The position numbers and the translations under genes were made by a program. Below are positions 48,097-57,808 of a stretch of DNA of 64,000 nt, piece by piece; the first letter of the stretch is position 1; each line of letters begins with the position of its first letter. Origin of the DNA: Massalongia carnosa. Lineage: Eukaryota. Below the pieces are notes generated by a model. The model was given only the letters and a program-made list of their open reading frames with translations. It was not told the DNA's origin and ran no database searches. The stretch is from NCBI GenBank assembly GCA_965645245.1, contig OZ287085.1, positions 930,001 through 994,000 of the forward strand, given 5' to 3'.

Positions 48097-48542
48097 TCTC
48101 TCCGAAGTGAAAACAATCTGGTCAAGTAAGAATCGAGAGTTCCCGCCTTTTCATCTAATATCTTTCTCGCACGGATCATTTTTAAATATTCTATCTCCTG
48201 CATTTGTTTCCTTAATGCTGCAAATATTGCACGAATCTTTGTAATAGTATATCATGTAGCATGTCGCATTCATGTTCTATCATTTGATCATTCAAAAGAT
48301 ATTTTAATTAAAAGTCATATCTTGACAGTTTAATTAATTAGAAATAATTTATTACTCTTTGTAAAGCTAAAAAGAGTCATAAAAAGAAAACAGAATCATA
48401 AATCTACATCAAACCTCAATAACCAAGCGTCAAACGTCAAAACTTAGCCGAGTAAATTTATTCCTCAACTATCTTATCAAACTTCGACGCCTACTACATA
48501 AACCCTATCTCAGAATTATTAAGTTTTTTACAACTCGTCGTC

Positions 48543-49030
48543 TATGCCGCGCAACGGGTCAGGTTTCTCTACTGAAAATACAACCCGTTGTAGAGGGGTG
48601 GAGTGGAACTCTACCGGGTCAGTGGCAAGTGAGGTAATGAGTCAGATGATTGGTCTTGTGGTCGGGTGCTGGCGTCTTGGCGTTCCGGTTATATGAGTCT
48701 TTTTCTCAAACTTTCCTTCTTATCTTTCGGGATATCCATCTTCGGATCATACTGCTATCAACACATACAGCTATCATAGACACTTTCATTCATACAGCTA
48801 GTCGGCCATTGATGGGCATGACGATTAATTCATCGATGCAGTAAGGCTCTGTTGATTCGGTTATTTGTTTGTTTGTTTCATCCTTCTATCGTTCGTCACC
48901 ACCCAGTTTATCCCTTCATACCCTTTGTAGCAAACCCTATGATTATCGGCATCCGGGTTGGGTTTTGTAACAAAAACCCGGTGCCGAAAAAGCAATTTTG
49001 TGGCGAAAACCCAACCCGTTGCGCGGCTTA
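48543..49030 (+). mobile_element. hAT-type MITE interrupted by a solo LTR
   Basis: TIRs tatgccgcgcaacggg / cccgttgcgcggctta; perfect 8-bp TSD TCGTCGTC. Confidence 0.9.
48589..48920 (+). mobile_element. Old solo LTR related to the Gypsy-3 LTR
   Basis: Starts tgtagaggggtggag and ends caccacccagtttatcccttcata, versus Gypsy-3 tgtaggggggtggag...caccacccagttcatccttccaca. Interrupts the MITE; flanks cccgt/ccctt. Confidence 0.75.
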
Positions 49031-50300
49031 TCGTCGTCCGAGTCATCCTTGTTAGATGAGACAGTTATCCTATGTGCCGTGCCAGACGGCAATATAACGG
49101 CTTGGGAATAACGTCTCAAGTGATCCGTACACGGCTAGCTAATGAGGTGGTACGGCAGTGAGGTTTAAGGTAAACGTGCCCTGCCGCTATGCCCGCTCTC
49201 TATCTTATTCATCTCTCATCTATCTAGCTACATAAATATCCCTCTCGCTGTCCTTCTAGTACCCCCCATCCCCACGCTAATCTATATTAGACTAGCTTCC
49301 ACACCGATGAGTCACCAGAGTATTTGTTTTCTCTTGAGTGTTTGTGCGTTTGTTTACTTTTCAAAGAATACTATTCGGTCATTCAATCAAAATAAATCAC
49401 ATAAATTACTATTCTTCTAGCTTTGGAATTGATATTATAAGTATGACGCTGTAGGGGGGTGGAGCGGTGATACTCTAAATTCAAATTGCTAGCGGTTCGG
49501 GAGTTGGTTCTTTTCGGTTGATACTCGGTAAAGGTAGCGGGGAAGTCAGGTGACAGTCTTTCTTTTAGTTTAGTTATAGATAGTTCTTTTCCTTATAGAG
49601 CAAGCATGCTCGTAGCAATAGCTACAACACATAGCATCAACACATACAGTTCACAGGCACGAGGCACGAGGCACGAGGCATACAGAGACCAATCTAGCTA
49701 TTGTCCTTATTCTATTGTTCTGTTCTTCTCTTGTTTGTTTGTTCTCTTGCACTCCTAGCAGTAGTGGACCACGCACACCACCCAGTTCATCCTTCCACAT
49801 TTGGCGACCACGGTGCGATCTCTATTTGACCGGGAGCAGGAATCAAACGACGAGTCTAGACAGACATGTGAGACAGACAGTAGACTTACAGCGACAGCGA
49901 CAGCGACAGGAAATAGCGACAGGAAACAGCGACAGGAAGCAGCGACAGCGTACAGATATCTAGAGATAGTGGAAAAACGACATACAGTGACCGGAGAAAG
50001 ACAGAAAGAACGGGGGCATCCATTTGACCCTGACAACGAGGCACGAACAGACCTCTCAAGAACGCGCGGACTCGGACATAGCGACGGGACGACCCCATAC
50101 AGCTTGCGACACGGTGGAGACGGTCTAGGTACTAAAAGAATTGACATCGAGACGAAGAAAGACGGAAAAGTGACGGCATTACGGACCGGACCAATCAGGA
50201 GCCTCGGAATTGCGACTCGGCAGTTGAAGTCGACAGACTAATCCCGTTTGAGAACATCGCCACATTTAGCGAATGCCTCAATGATTTAGCGACGGCGTGA

Positions 50301-53300
50301 GTGCGACAGTGGCAAAAATATAGTGTACCCACAGACATGGGGCCTGAGCGGTATCGCATTCCTGCTAGGAGATTAGCCAGCGTCGGGAACCGAGAGACAA
50401 AACGACACGGAGTAGACATAAAAGTAGCCTCATTTCCCTCCGATGGCAGAATAGCGCAGCCATTCCATTCTACCCATTCGTACAATTCATATCAAACTTC
50501 CTATTCACCAGTTGACAATACCGAGAGAGAAAGCAGAGCGCATTGCTATAACAGACAACGTCTGCATACGGAGGCGGCACCAGCACTTCTGCACCATAGA
50601 CATTTCGACCTACCTCCACCGTACCAGACACATACTTGTCCTTGTTTGTCATATCATTGTTTCGAGCCGACTAAGCAAGCTCCTATTGGTCATTCGTCTG
50701 CAGGAGAGACGTATACTCATCATCCTGTTTCGCATTGTCATCAATACTATTGTCAGCCGAGTAGTCATATCCCAACCTCTGACGACAAAGAAACAACTAC
50801 CTCACAGCTGACAAAAATCGTTACAAACCTCATTCCTCTTCTTGAGCAACTTGTCATTAGCGTCCGAAACACTAACGAGGCACGTACGCGAACTGATAGT
50901 CCTGCTCCACCTGCGAGCCGAGATAGTCCATCGACTATCATACCTACAACCGAAGGTCAACCTAGTCACGAGGCAGAGAGCACCATGACCACACCATCGT
51001 CGACAAGCCCCGAGTCTTTTGGAAATAGACCAGCCATGTCCGCTGGACCCTTTGGATTTGTGATGACCATGCCTCAACCAGGCACTCCTGGCACTCCATT
51101 CTTTCAAGGTAAAAATGTGTCGGAGTTCCTGAGTCGGTACGAGGATATGTGTGAGGACTATCATGTCGGAAACAATGAGAGGATTCGTAGGTTGCCCCGT
51201 TATTGCGACATGCTAATTGGCCAGACCATTGAGTCGCTTCCGGACTTTGTGGAGAGAAGATGGACACAGCTGAGCAAGGTGATGAAGAAAGAGTACAAGG
51301 CTGGCGATAGCATTCAGCAGGTGAATTCTCGACCGTTTCTGGAGTCATACAAGGACAAAGTACGCACTAGCGACGATGATGTGCGGAACTTCTGTCGGAA
51401 GTTCGGTGCCATATCCAAAGCCCTAATTAGTCAAGAGAAGCTAGACATTTACACACGAAATCAGTGGTTCATGCAAGGTCTTCCTGCTGACATACGCGAA
51501 GAGTTGTTCTTTCGCCGAGGTGTTGATTTCGACGATAATGTGATGAAGGACTTTGATGGACTGGTGAAAAAGACTCTGACACTAGTAGAGGCGAGAATGA
51601 AATATAAGGAGGTGATGCGGACCGAGAAGAGTGTAACCGATAAATATAGTGCTCTAGCCGACCAGTTCGACAAAAAGATAGTGCTAGACGGTCATGAAAA
51701 TATCATGAACTCGCTTAGTCCACCAGTAGCAGACTCGACTACTGTTAGCCTATCGAAGTCCACGGAGAAAACTATCATGGACCTGACCAATAAGTTCGAT
51801 GCATTAGTCCTTGCCACCGGAGCTCAAATGCGACCGGCCAATCAGAATAGTCAGCAGAGTCAGCAGAGTCGGAACCGTTCCCAATCACCACATAGACAGT
51901 CATCCTATGACGGACAGAGACAACAGCATGACCATCAATATGGTAGCGACGAAAGCTGCAACTATTGTGGAGAGAAGGTACTGCATGACAGGCGAAGAGA
52001 CTGTCCAGACTTCGACGCTGACCAAAGGAATGGTGTTATCCATCTGAATGAGAAAGGCCTGCTCTGTCTGGGACCGATGGGTACATATTCCAACCCAATT
52101 CGGCATTTACCGGGTGTGACACAAAAAGAGTCCATTAGACGTGCGAAGATGTTGGCCAATCAATTTAGTCAAGCTGGACAAAATGCCGAAGTGCACACGG
52201 TTCGAATAGGCGAGGATAGTGCAGATGACTTTTCTTCTGACGAAGAATGGGACCCGGAGGTGACGATCATCGAACATACTACCTCTATCAACTCGGCTAG
52301 GACCGAAAACAATAAACCTGCTGAGGAGAACTGGAAAGAGCCGGCTAAACGAATTCTGAAACGCAGGGCTGAGCGCGAGGACCATTTCGCAGTACCGAAA
52401 GCACCTAGATATGGCAATTGGAGTCCGCTTCCTACGTCGGTAGAACGTCGGAATGATAGTCTTGACCAATCAAAACCAACCGACAGAGCTTCCGCGGCAG
52501 AACCTCGGGTAACATTTGCTGACCCTATAGAAGAAGATGTGGAAATGACAGAAGCAGGTCTAGCTGGGAAAGGCGGCGGAAAGAAGAAGCCGGGTACCGG
52601 AGTGCTGAGGGCACCTATTCGTGGAGAAGTTCGAGACGCCATAGAAAAGATAGGTGCAGAAGAATTCCTGAAGATAGCGAGACGAGAGTTCAACGTGGAC
52701 TTGATACAGGGCCGCTATCTGCAATCGCTAGCAGCTGGTACTGGAGGACTGACCAATGGCAATATCATAGCCATGTTACCCATGTTTAAATCGGTAGTTA
52801 ACAAAGTGACACGAAATACGGAAGCAGAAAGACAGGACGGTCCAACGGTAAAAATCGGCTCTATCGGCATTCGGGATCCACTACTCCGCAGAGCATATAC
52901 AAGGTCGACACCTAAAGCCAAAGTGCGAGTTGGTGATGGAGGCCGATATAAGTCTCTTCTTGACTCAGGTGCCGAAGTGAACGTGATGACATATGATGTC
53001 GCTAAGCGCGAGGGTCTGGCCATGCGACCTTACCCAAATATCAATCTAATTTCCCATACCGGACATAGAAAGGAATTCCTCGGGGTGTGTGAAAACGTGG
53101 AGGTTGATATTGGCGGAGTAGCGTCGCTTAACCACATATTTGTCATTGATGCTGCGGACCATCAACTAGTGCTAGGACAACCTTATCTTCACCAGATGCG
53201 TGTGGGCTTGGACTACCGTAACAACGAGGTAGAATGCACCATACATGCTGAAGATGGGAAACGAACTGCTAAGTTCATAGCGACTTCCGATCCTGGTAGC

Positions 53301-53357
53301 AAACTCCATACAGCAGAGGACCTGTTTCCGGAGAACCGAGACGAAACTTTAAACTAG
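50301..53357 (+). CDS. Gypsy-3 Gag-protease
   Basis: FQGKNVSEFLSRYEDMC gag motif, CNYCGEKVLH....C knuckle, aspartic protease LLDSGAEVN...LVLGQPYL. The tool start is GTG; the first ATG is at ~50337. Confidence 0.9.
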   Translation: MRQWQKYSVPTDMGPERYRIPARRLASVGNRETKRHGVDIKVASFPSDGRIAQPFHSTHSYNSYQTSYSPVDNTERESRAHCYNRQRLHTEAAPALLHHRHFDLPPPYQTHTCPCLSYHCFEPTKQAPIGHSSAGETYTHHPVSHCHQYYCQPSSHIPTSDDKETTTSQLTKIVTNLIPLLEQLVISVRNTNEARTRTDSPAPPASRDSPSTIIPTTEGQPSHEAESTMTTPSSTSPESFGNRPAMSAGPFGFVMTMPQPGTPGTPFFQGKNVSEFLSRYEDMCEDYHVGNNERIRRLPRYCDMLIGQTIESLPDFVERRWTQLSKVMKKEYKAGDSIQQVNSRPFLESYKDKVRTSDDDVRNFCRKFGAISKALISQEKLDIYTRNQWFMQGLPADIREELFFRRGVDFDDNVMKDFDGLVKKTLTLVEARMKYKEVMRTEKSVTDKYSALADQFDKKIVLDGHENIMNSLSPPVADSTTVSLSKSTEKTIMDLTNKFDALVLATGAQMRPANQNSQQSQQSRNRSQSPHRQSSYDGQRQQHDHQYGSDESCNYCGEKVLHDRRRDCPDFDADQRNGVIHLNEKGLLCLGPMGTYSNPIRHLPGVTQKESIRRAKMLANQFSQAGQNAEVHTVRIGEDSADDFSSDEEWDPEVTIIEHTTSINSARTENNKPAEENWKEPAKRILKRRAEREDHFAVPKAPRYGNWSPLPTSVERRNDSLDQSKPTDRASAAEPRVTFADPIEEDVEMTEAGLAGKGGGKKKPGTGVLRAPIRGEVRDAIEKIGAEEFLKIARREFNVDLIQGRYLQSLAAGTGGLTNGNIIAMLPMFKSVVNKVTRNTEAERQDGPTVKIGSIGIRDPLLRRAYTRSTPKAKVRVGDGGRYKSLLDSGAEVNVMTYDVAKREGLAMRPYPNINLISHTGHRKEFLGVCENVEVDIGGVASLNHIFVIDAADHQLVLGQPYLHQMRVGLDYRNNEVECTIHAEDGKRTAKFIATSDPGSKLHTAEDLFPENRDETLN

Positions 53358-53395
53358 CTAGCCACCATGTGCAGAACAGGTCCATGGCTGGTAGC
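53348..53395 (+). promoter_or_regulatory. Putative -1 ribosomal frameshift signal (T TTA AAC plus stem-loop)
   Basis: In-phase heptamer directly before the gag TAG; the -1 frame is open into pol; hairpin gctagccaccatg...catggctggtagc follows. Confidence 0.8.
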
Positions 53396-56300
53396 AGTAA
53401 TAAAAACCTGGAGAGAGCGAAAGTGTCGAGTTTTAGGGTTGGACTATCGGAGAATAAATCTTCCATTCCATTTAACAGGCCCGGCCTATTAAATCAAATA
53501 GCCCTAACTCCTACAGCGACTAGTGCGGAAGAGGCGGCGATGGACCACTATGTTCGCGCCTTCACACCGTCGCGTGCAATTGGCTCGGTCGGACTTTCGG
53601 CTCTGAGGTTTTCTCGGAAATTCGACATGTACACGATCAATCAGAACAGGGTGTTCGGGCGACGGAGTAGTGTGAGAGTTGATACGGCATACAAACGGAA
53701 GGCAGTCAAGGTTCGACCAGTGAATTCTGACCAGTCGGATGGCACCATACCTGGTGGAATAGCAGATTGGAAAGCGAAGGCGCTAGAGAAAGAGAGAGGC
53801 CTACCAAAGTCAGAAAAGTTCCCTGATTGGCTAATTCCAAAGTTCTCGACAATATTCAAAGGCTCACGATTGACACCGGAACGGCTGCAGCGAATGACAG
53901 TGGGCGACAGTATGACGTCTGCTGAGAAAGAAGTGTTGACCCAGATGTTATACAACCGAGAAGCAGCGCTGTCATGGGAGTTTTCCGAGATGGGCAGAGT
54001 CAAACCTGAGGTGTCTCCACCATGTAAAATCAACACTATTCCACATGAGGCATGGCAGACCCCATCATTCCCATTGCCAAGGGCCCTGGTACCGATGGTG
54101 ATAGAGATGCTGAAGGACCGACTGCAGCGAGGAACGTTGGAACCTTGTCATGGTCCCTATCGAAATCCATGGTTCATAGTGAAGAAGAAAGAGAAAAATA
54201 AGTACCGATTAATTAATGCGGCCCTAGACATGAACAAAGTGACCATCCGAGACGCAAATCTGCCACCTTCGGTAGACGAATTCTCAGAGGACTTTGCTGG
54301 CTGCCACATCGCTTCCTTGATCGACTTGTTTTCAGGATATGACCAAATGGAACTCGATGTTCATAGTCGAGACATGACCGCCTTCATGACACCAATAGGA
54401 CTATTGCGAATGACATCTATACCAATGGGAGCTACCAATTCGGTTGCACAGTTCGTACGGGTAGTGACAAAGATACTGCAGGACCACATTCCGAACCGTG
54501 CTAAACCTTTCCTTGATGACATCGGAGTGAAGGGGCCGAAGACTGATTATGGTGGTGAAGAAGTGGCACCGGGCATCAGAAAGTACGTGCTTGAACATCT
54601 CATGTGGCTAGATGGGGTACTCGCGGACATAGAAAGGGCTGGATGCACTATCTCCGGAGAAAAGTCGCAATTTTGCATGGCCGGTCTGAAGATAGTAGGA
54701 TTTGTGACCGACTCCGATGGTAGACATCCGGACACCGCTAAGGTTATCAAAATTCTAGAGTGGCCGATATGCACCGACGCTTCTTCCGCTCGTGCTTTTA
54801 TAGGTGTGTGTGTGTACTATCGCATATGGATATTGGACTTTGCCATTGTTGCTGAACCAATATATCGTCTGCTGAAGAAAGATGCTGCTTTTGTATGGGG
54901 CATGGAACAAACCGAGGCAATGGACTTGCTGAAGATAGCTCTGACATCTCCGCCAGCACTAAAGACCATTGACTATAGCGAGCTAGCTGGACTTATCATA
55001 TTGGCTGTGGATGCGAGTTTGAAAGGATGGGGCGCTGTACTGATGCAAATCTTTGATGGCAAGCGTCACCCCATTCGGTACGAAAGCGGAGTATGGAGCG
55101 AGGTGGAACAGCGATATGATGCAACCAAGCGAGAGTGTCGAGGCGTTCTAAAGGCATTGAAAAAGATAAGGCACTGGCTATATGGAGTTCACTTTGTGTT
55201 GGAGACAGACGCCAACGTCCTAGTGGCGCAATTGAATGGAGCTTGTACCGATTTGCCTGGTGCTCTGATAGTCCGATGGATAGCATGGATACGACTGTTT
55301 GACTTCGAGGTCAAACATGTTGCTGGCCGAAAACATACGGCAGCAGATGGACTGTCTAGACGACCTCATACTGAGGAAGAAATTCGGGCCGAACAGCAGG
55401 AGCAAGACATAGACGACTTCATAGATGCCGAACTGAATTCACTAAGGGCCTGTCCAATTTCCGTTAACTCCGCAGACGAGGTGCCAGACGAAAAAGTGCT
55501 AAAGGCCGGATATAGTGATAAGTCCGAGAGAATCGCTGCATTTCTAACATCACTACAAAAGCCGGTTGGACTAAACCGCAAAGAGTTTAGAGCGTTTAAG
55601 AGCGAGGCCTTGCGCTATCGAGTACAAGATGGCCATCTTTATAGACGAAACAGCAAGAACGTACCTTCCAGGAGAGTGATAGACTCCGATGAGCGGAAGT
55701 TGGAAATATTGAAACAGCTGCATGACGAAAGTGGACATAGAGGCAGAGAGGGCACATACAGACGCATAGCAGACAGGTACTGGTGGGAACAATTGCACGA
55801 TGATGTAAAAGGCTATGTTCGGTCCTGCGAGGAATGTCAGAAACGTGACCCCACTAGGCTCGAGGAAGCACTTCATCCGACATGGGTTACCTTCATGTGG
55901 CAGAAGGTTGGCTTAGACGTGGTCCACATGCCAGCTTGTCGAGGCAAGCACTATATTGTTATGGCCAGAGATGACTTTTCCGGATGGGTCGAGGGTAGAG
56001 CACTAGGAAAAGCTACCGCTCAGAATGTCGCGAGATTCTTGTGGGAAGATGTTATATGCAGACATGGGTGCTTCGGAAAACTGATTGTTGATGGTGGACC
56101 AGAAAACAAAGATGCTGTTATCGAATTAGCAAATCGATATGGTATCAAAAGAGTAGTTGTTTCTGCCTATCATCCGCAAGCCAATGGCATGATAGAACGG
56201 GGACATCGGCCAGTTGTTCAAGCATTATCCAAAATGACAAATGGAGGCATGGGCAAATGGGTTGATAATCTTCCTGCAGTACTATGGGCCGACCGTACAA

Positions 56301-56935
56301 CAGTTCGTGCTAGCACCGGCAACACACCTTTCTATCTGAATAGCGGCAATGAGGCTGTTCTACCAATTGAACTGGAAATTCCAACATGGAGAATATTACC
56401 ATGGAATGAAGTTCATACAACAGACGAATTGCTAGCTATGCGTGCGAGACAAATACAGCGAAGGGATGAAGACATGGAAGAGACAGCTTTATTCCTGCAA
56501 AGACAAAGAATGGAAGGCAAAGAGACCTTTGACACTCTGAACAATCTGAGATCAATTGAACTCACCGAGGGTCAATTAATTCTTTTGCACGACACTAAAT
56601 TAGACAATCAGCACACAGGCAAACTAACTTTCAGGTGGTTAGGACCATATAAAATTCAACAAACAATTGTTGATAAGGGAACTTACAAACTATGTGAACT
56701 AGACGGCACCCTATTAGCTGGAACCTTTGCAGGAAATCGACTGAAACCATTTCATGCTCGGCAAAATATTAACTTACCTCCGATAGAAGAACCTGAGCAA
56801 CATAATAGTCAGGGGCCGACTATAAATCATGGGGGGGACGAGGACGACCGACAGTCCATGATTCCACCTGGCTGGCCAATGGCAGTAGTGATTCCTAGCA
56901 GACGTGCTGATGCGATGGAGACGGTGGAAAATTGA
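53348..56935 (+). CDS. Gypsy-3 Pol (RT-RNase H-integrase), -1 frame relative to gag
   Basis: IDLFSGYDQ, MGATNSV, FLDD, AVDAS, KRECRG, H-H-C-C, VDGGPEN, ANGMIERGH, GPY. No chromodomain seen. Confidence 0.95.
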   Translation, partial: FKLASHHVQNRSMAGSSNKNLERAKVSSFRVGLSENKSSIPFNRPGLLNQIALTPTATSAEEAAMDHYVRAFTPSRAIGSVGLSALRFSRKFDMYTINQNRVFGRRSSVRVDTAYKRKAVKVRPVNSDQSDGTIPGGIADWKAKALEKERGLPKSEKFPDWLIPKFSTIFKGSRLTPERLQRMTVGDSMTSAEKEVLTQMLYNREAALSWEFSEMGRVKPEVSPPCKINTIPHEAWQTPSFPLPRALVPMVIEMLKDRLQRGTLEPCHGPYRNPWFIVKKKEKNKYRLINAALDMNKVTIRDANLPPSVDEFSEDFAGCHIASLIDLFSGYDQMELDVHSRDMTAFMTPIGLLRMTSIPMGATNSVAQFVRVVTKILQDHIPNRAKPFLDDIGVKGPKTDYGGEEVAPGIRKYVLEHLMWLDGVLADIERAGCTISGEKSQFCMAGLKIVGFVTDSDGRHPDTAKVIKILEWPICTDASSARAFIGVCVYYRIWILDFAIVAEPIYRLLKKDAAFVWGMEQTEAMDLLKIALTSPPALKTIDYSELAGLIILAVDASLKGWGAVLMQIFDGKRHPIRYESGVWSEVEQRYDATKRECRGVLKALKKIRHWLYGVHFVLETDANVLVAQLNGACTDLPGALIVRWIAWIRLFDFEVKHVAGRKHTAADGLSRRPHTEEEIRAEQQEQDIDDFIDAELNSLRACPISVNSADEVPDEKVLKAGYSDKSERIAAFLTSLQKPVGLNRKEFRAFKSEALRYRVQDGHLYRRNSKNVPSRRVIDSDERKLEILKQLHDESGHRGREGTYRRIADRYWWEQLHDDVKGYVRSCEECQKRDPTRLEEALHPTWVTFMWQKVGLDVVHMPACRGKHYIVMARDDFSGWVEGRALGKATAQNVARFLWEDVICRHGCFGKLIVDGGPENKDAVIELANRYGIKRVVVSAYHPQANGMIERGHRPVVQALSKMTNGGMGKWVDNLPAVLWADRTTVRASTGNTPFYLNSGNEAVLPIELEIPTWRILPWNEVHTTDELLAMRARQIQRRDEDMEETALFLQRQRMEGKETFDTLNNLRSIELTEGQLILLHDTKLDNQHTGKLTFRWLGPYKIQQTIVDKGTYKLCELDGTLLAGTFAGNRLKPFHARQNINLPPIEEPEQHNSQGPTINHGGDEDDRQSMIPPGWPMAVVIPSRRADAMETVEN

Positions 56936-57292
56936 CATATCCGACTACCTATATCGAACGAATTTCCTTAGTAAAATGCATATTGTCAGCGGAGGAAGCA
57001 CACGAACCTTCGGAATAGTTTCATTTCACACTTACCAAAATTCACCGAAAACTTCACCAACCTTAGTCGAAATTGCCATCTTCCGAATCCTCACCTCCAT
57101 GTTTTACCTTTTCCATACTACCAGAACTCAGCAAATTATCTAGCTTTTACTACCTACCTGATCAGCACATATACTATCTTCCTATCAGCAAACATCTCTG
57201 CTAAGCTCAACTTCTTATCTAAGCGAAAGTCAGCAAGCTACTCGATAACTTGGAACAATTTATCTTACCTTACTTGCCTTACATCTTTTGGC

Positions 57293-57808
57293 ATGTCTTT
57301 CCAATTAGTCATTGTCCTAGGAAATGACCGCTTCCACCACATGACAGACGCACTAGCTTTTCTTGAGACATTGACCCCAGCAGACCGATACGAGGGACAG
57401 AGGACCATAGAATCGCAGCTAATAGAGTTTCAGCATATGCTAGGGGATAGCATAGTGGACTATTATGACTATGTCATACAGAATGATGCCTGGGCCTCGG
57501 TGATGAAAGAAGAAGAGTTCAAAGCTCAACGAGAAGATGTTATTGAGGAGGTGGATATGGTCCAACTGTCACGGGCAGTTGGAGAATGGAGGAATCGGAC
57601 ATTAAAGGAGGCCATTATTATGTTTCAGCATGTGAAGAAAGCAGAGGAAGAGGACTTTGGGACTAGGTCATCTTTTCGGTTAAAGCGAGAGTCACATGGC
57701 AGGCCTATTCCTCACATCTCTGATGACATTGATACGACTCCGGGACCCGAGCTGGATGAGGAGGAGTTAGTGTTTGCTGAGGCCGGAATGAAGCGAACGC
57801 TGGAGTAG
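57293..57808 (+). CDS. Extra ORF of unknown function inside Gypsy-3 (171 aa)
   Basis: ATG-initiated, acidic and helical-looking; lies between the pol stop and the PPT. Confidence 0.55.
   Translation: MSFQLVIVLGNDRFHHMTDALAFLETLTPADRYEGQRTIESQLIEFQHMLGDSIVDYYDYVIQNDAWASVMKEEEFKAQREDVIEEVDMVQLSRAVGEWRNRTLKEAIIMFQHVKKAEEEDFGTRSSFRLKRESHGRPIPHISDDIDTTPGPELDEEELVFAEAGMKRTLE

Noticed and set aside
49801..50241. 146-aa ORF in the Gypsy-3 leader
   Set aside because: Starts at a TTG inside the PBS and is built largely from gcgaca-type repeats; no support for coding.
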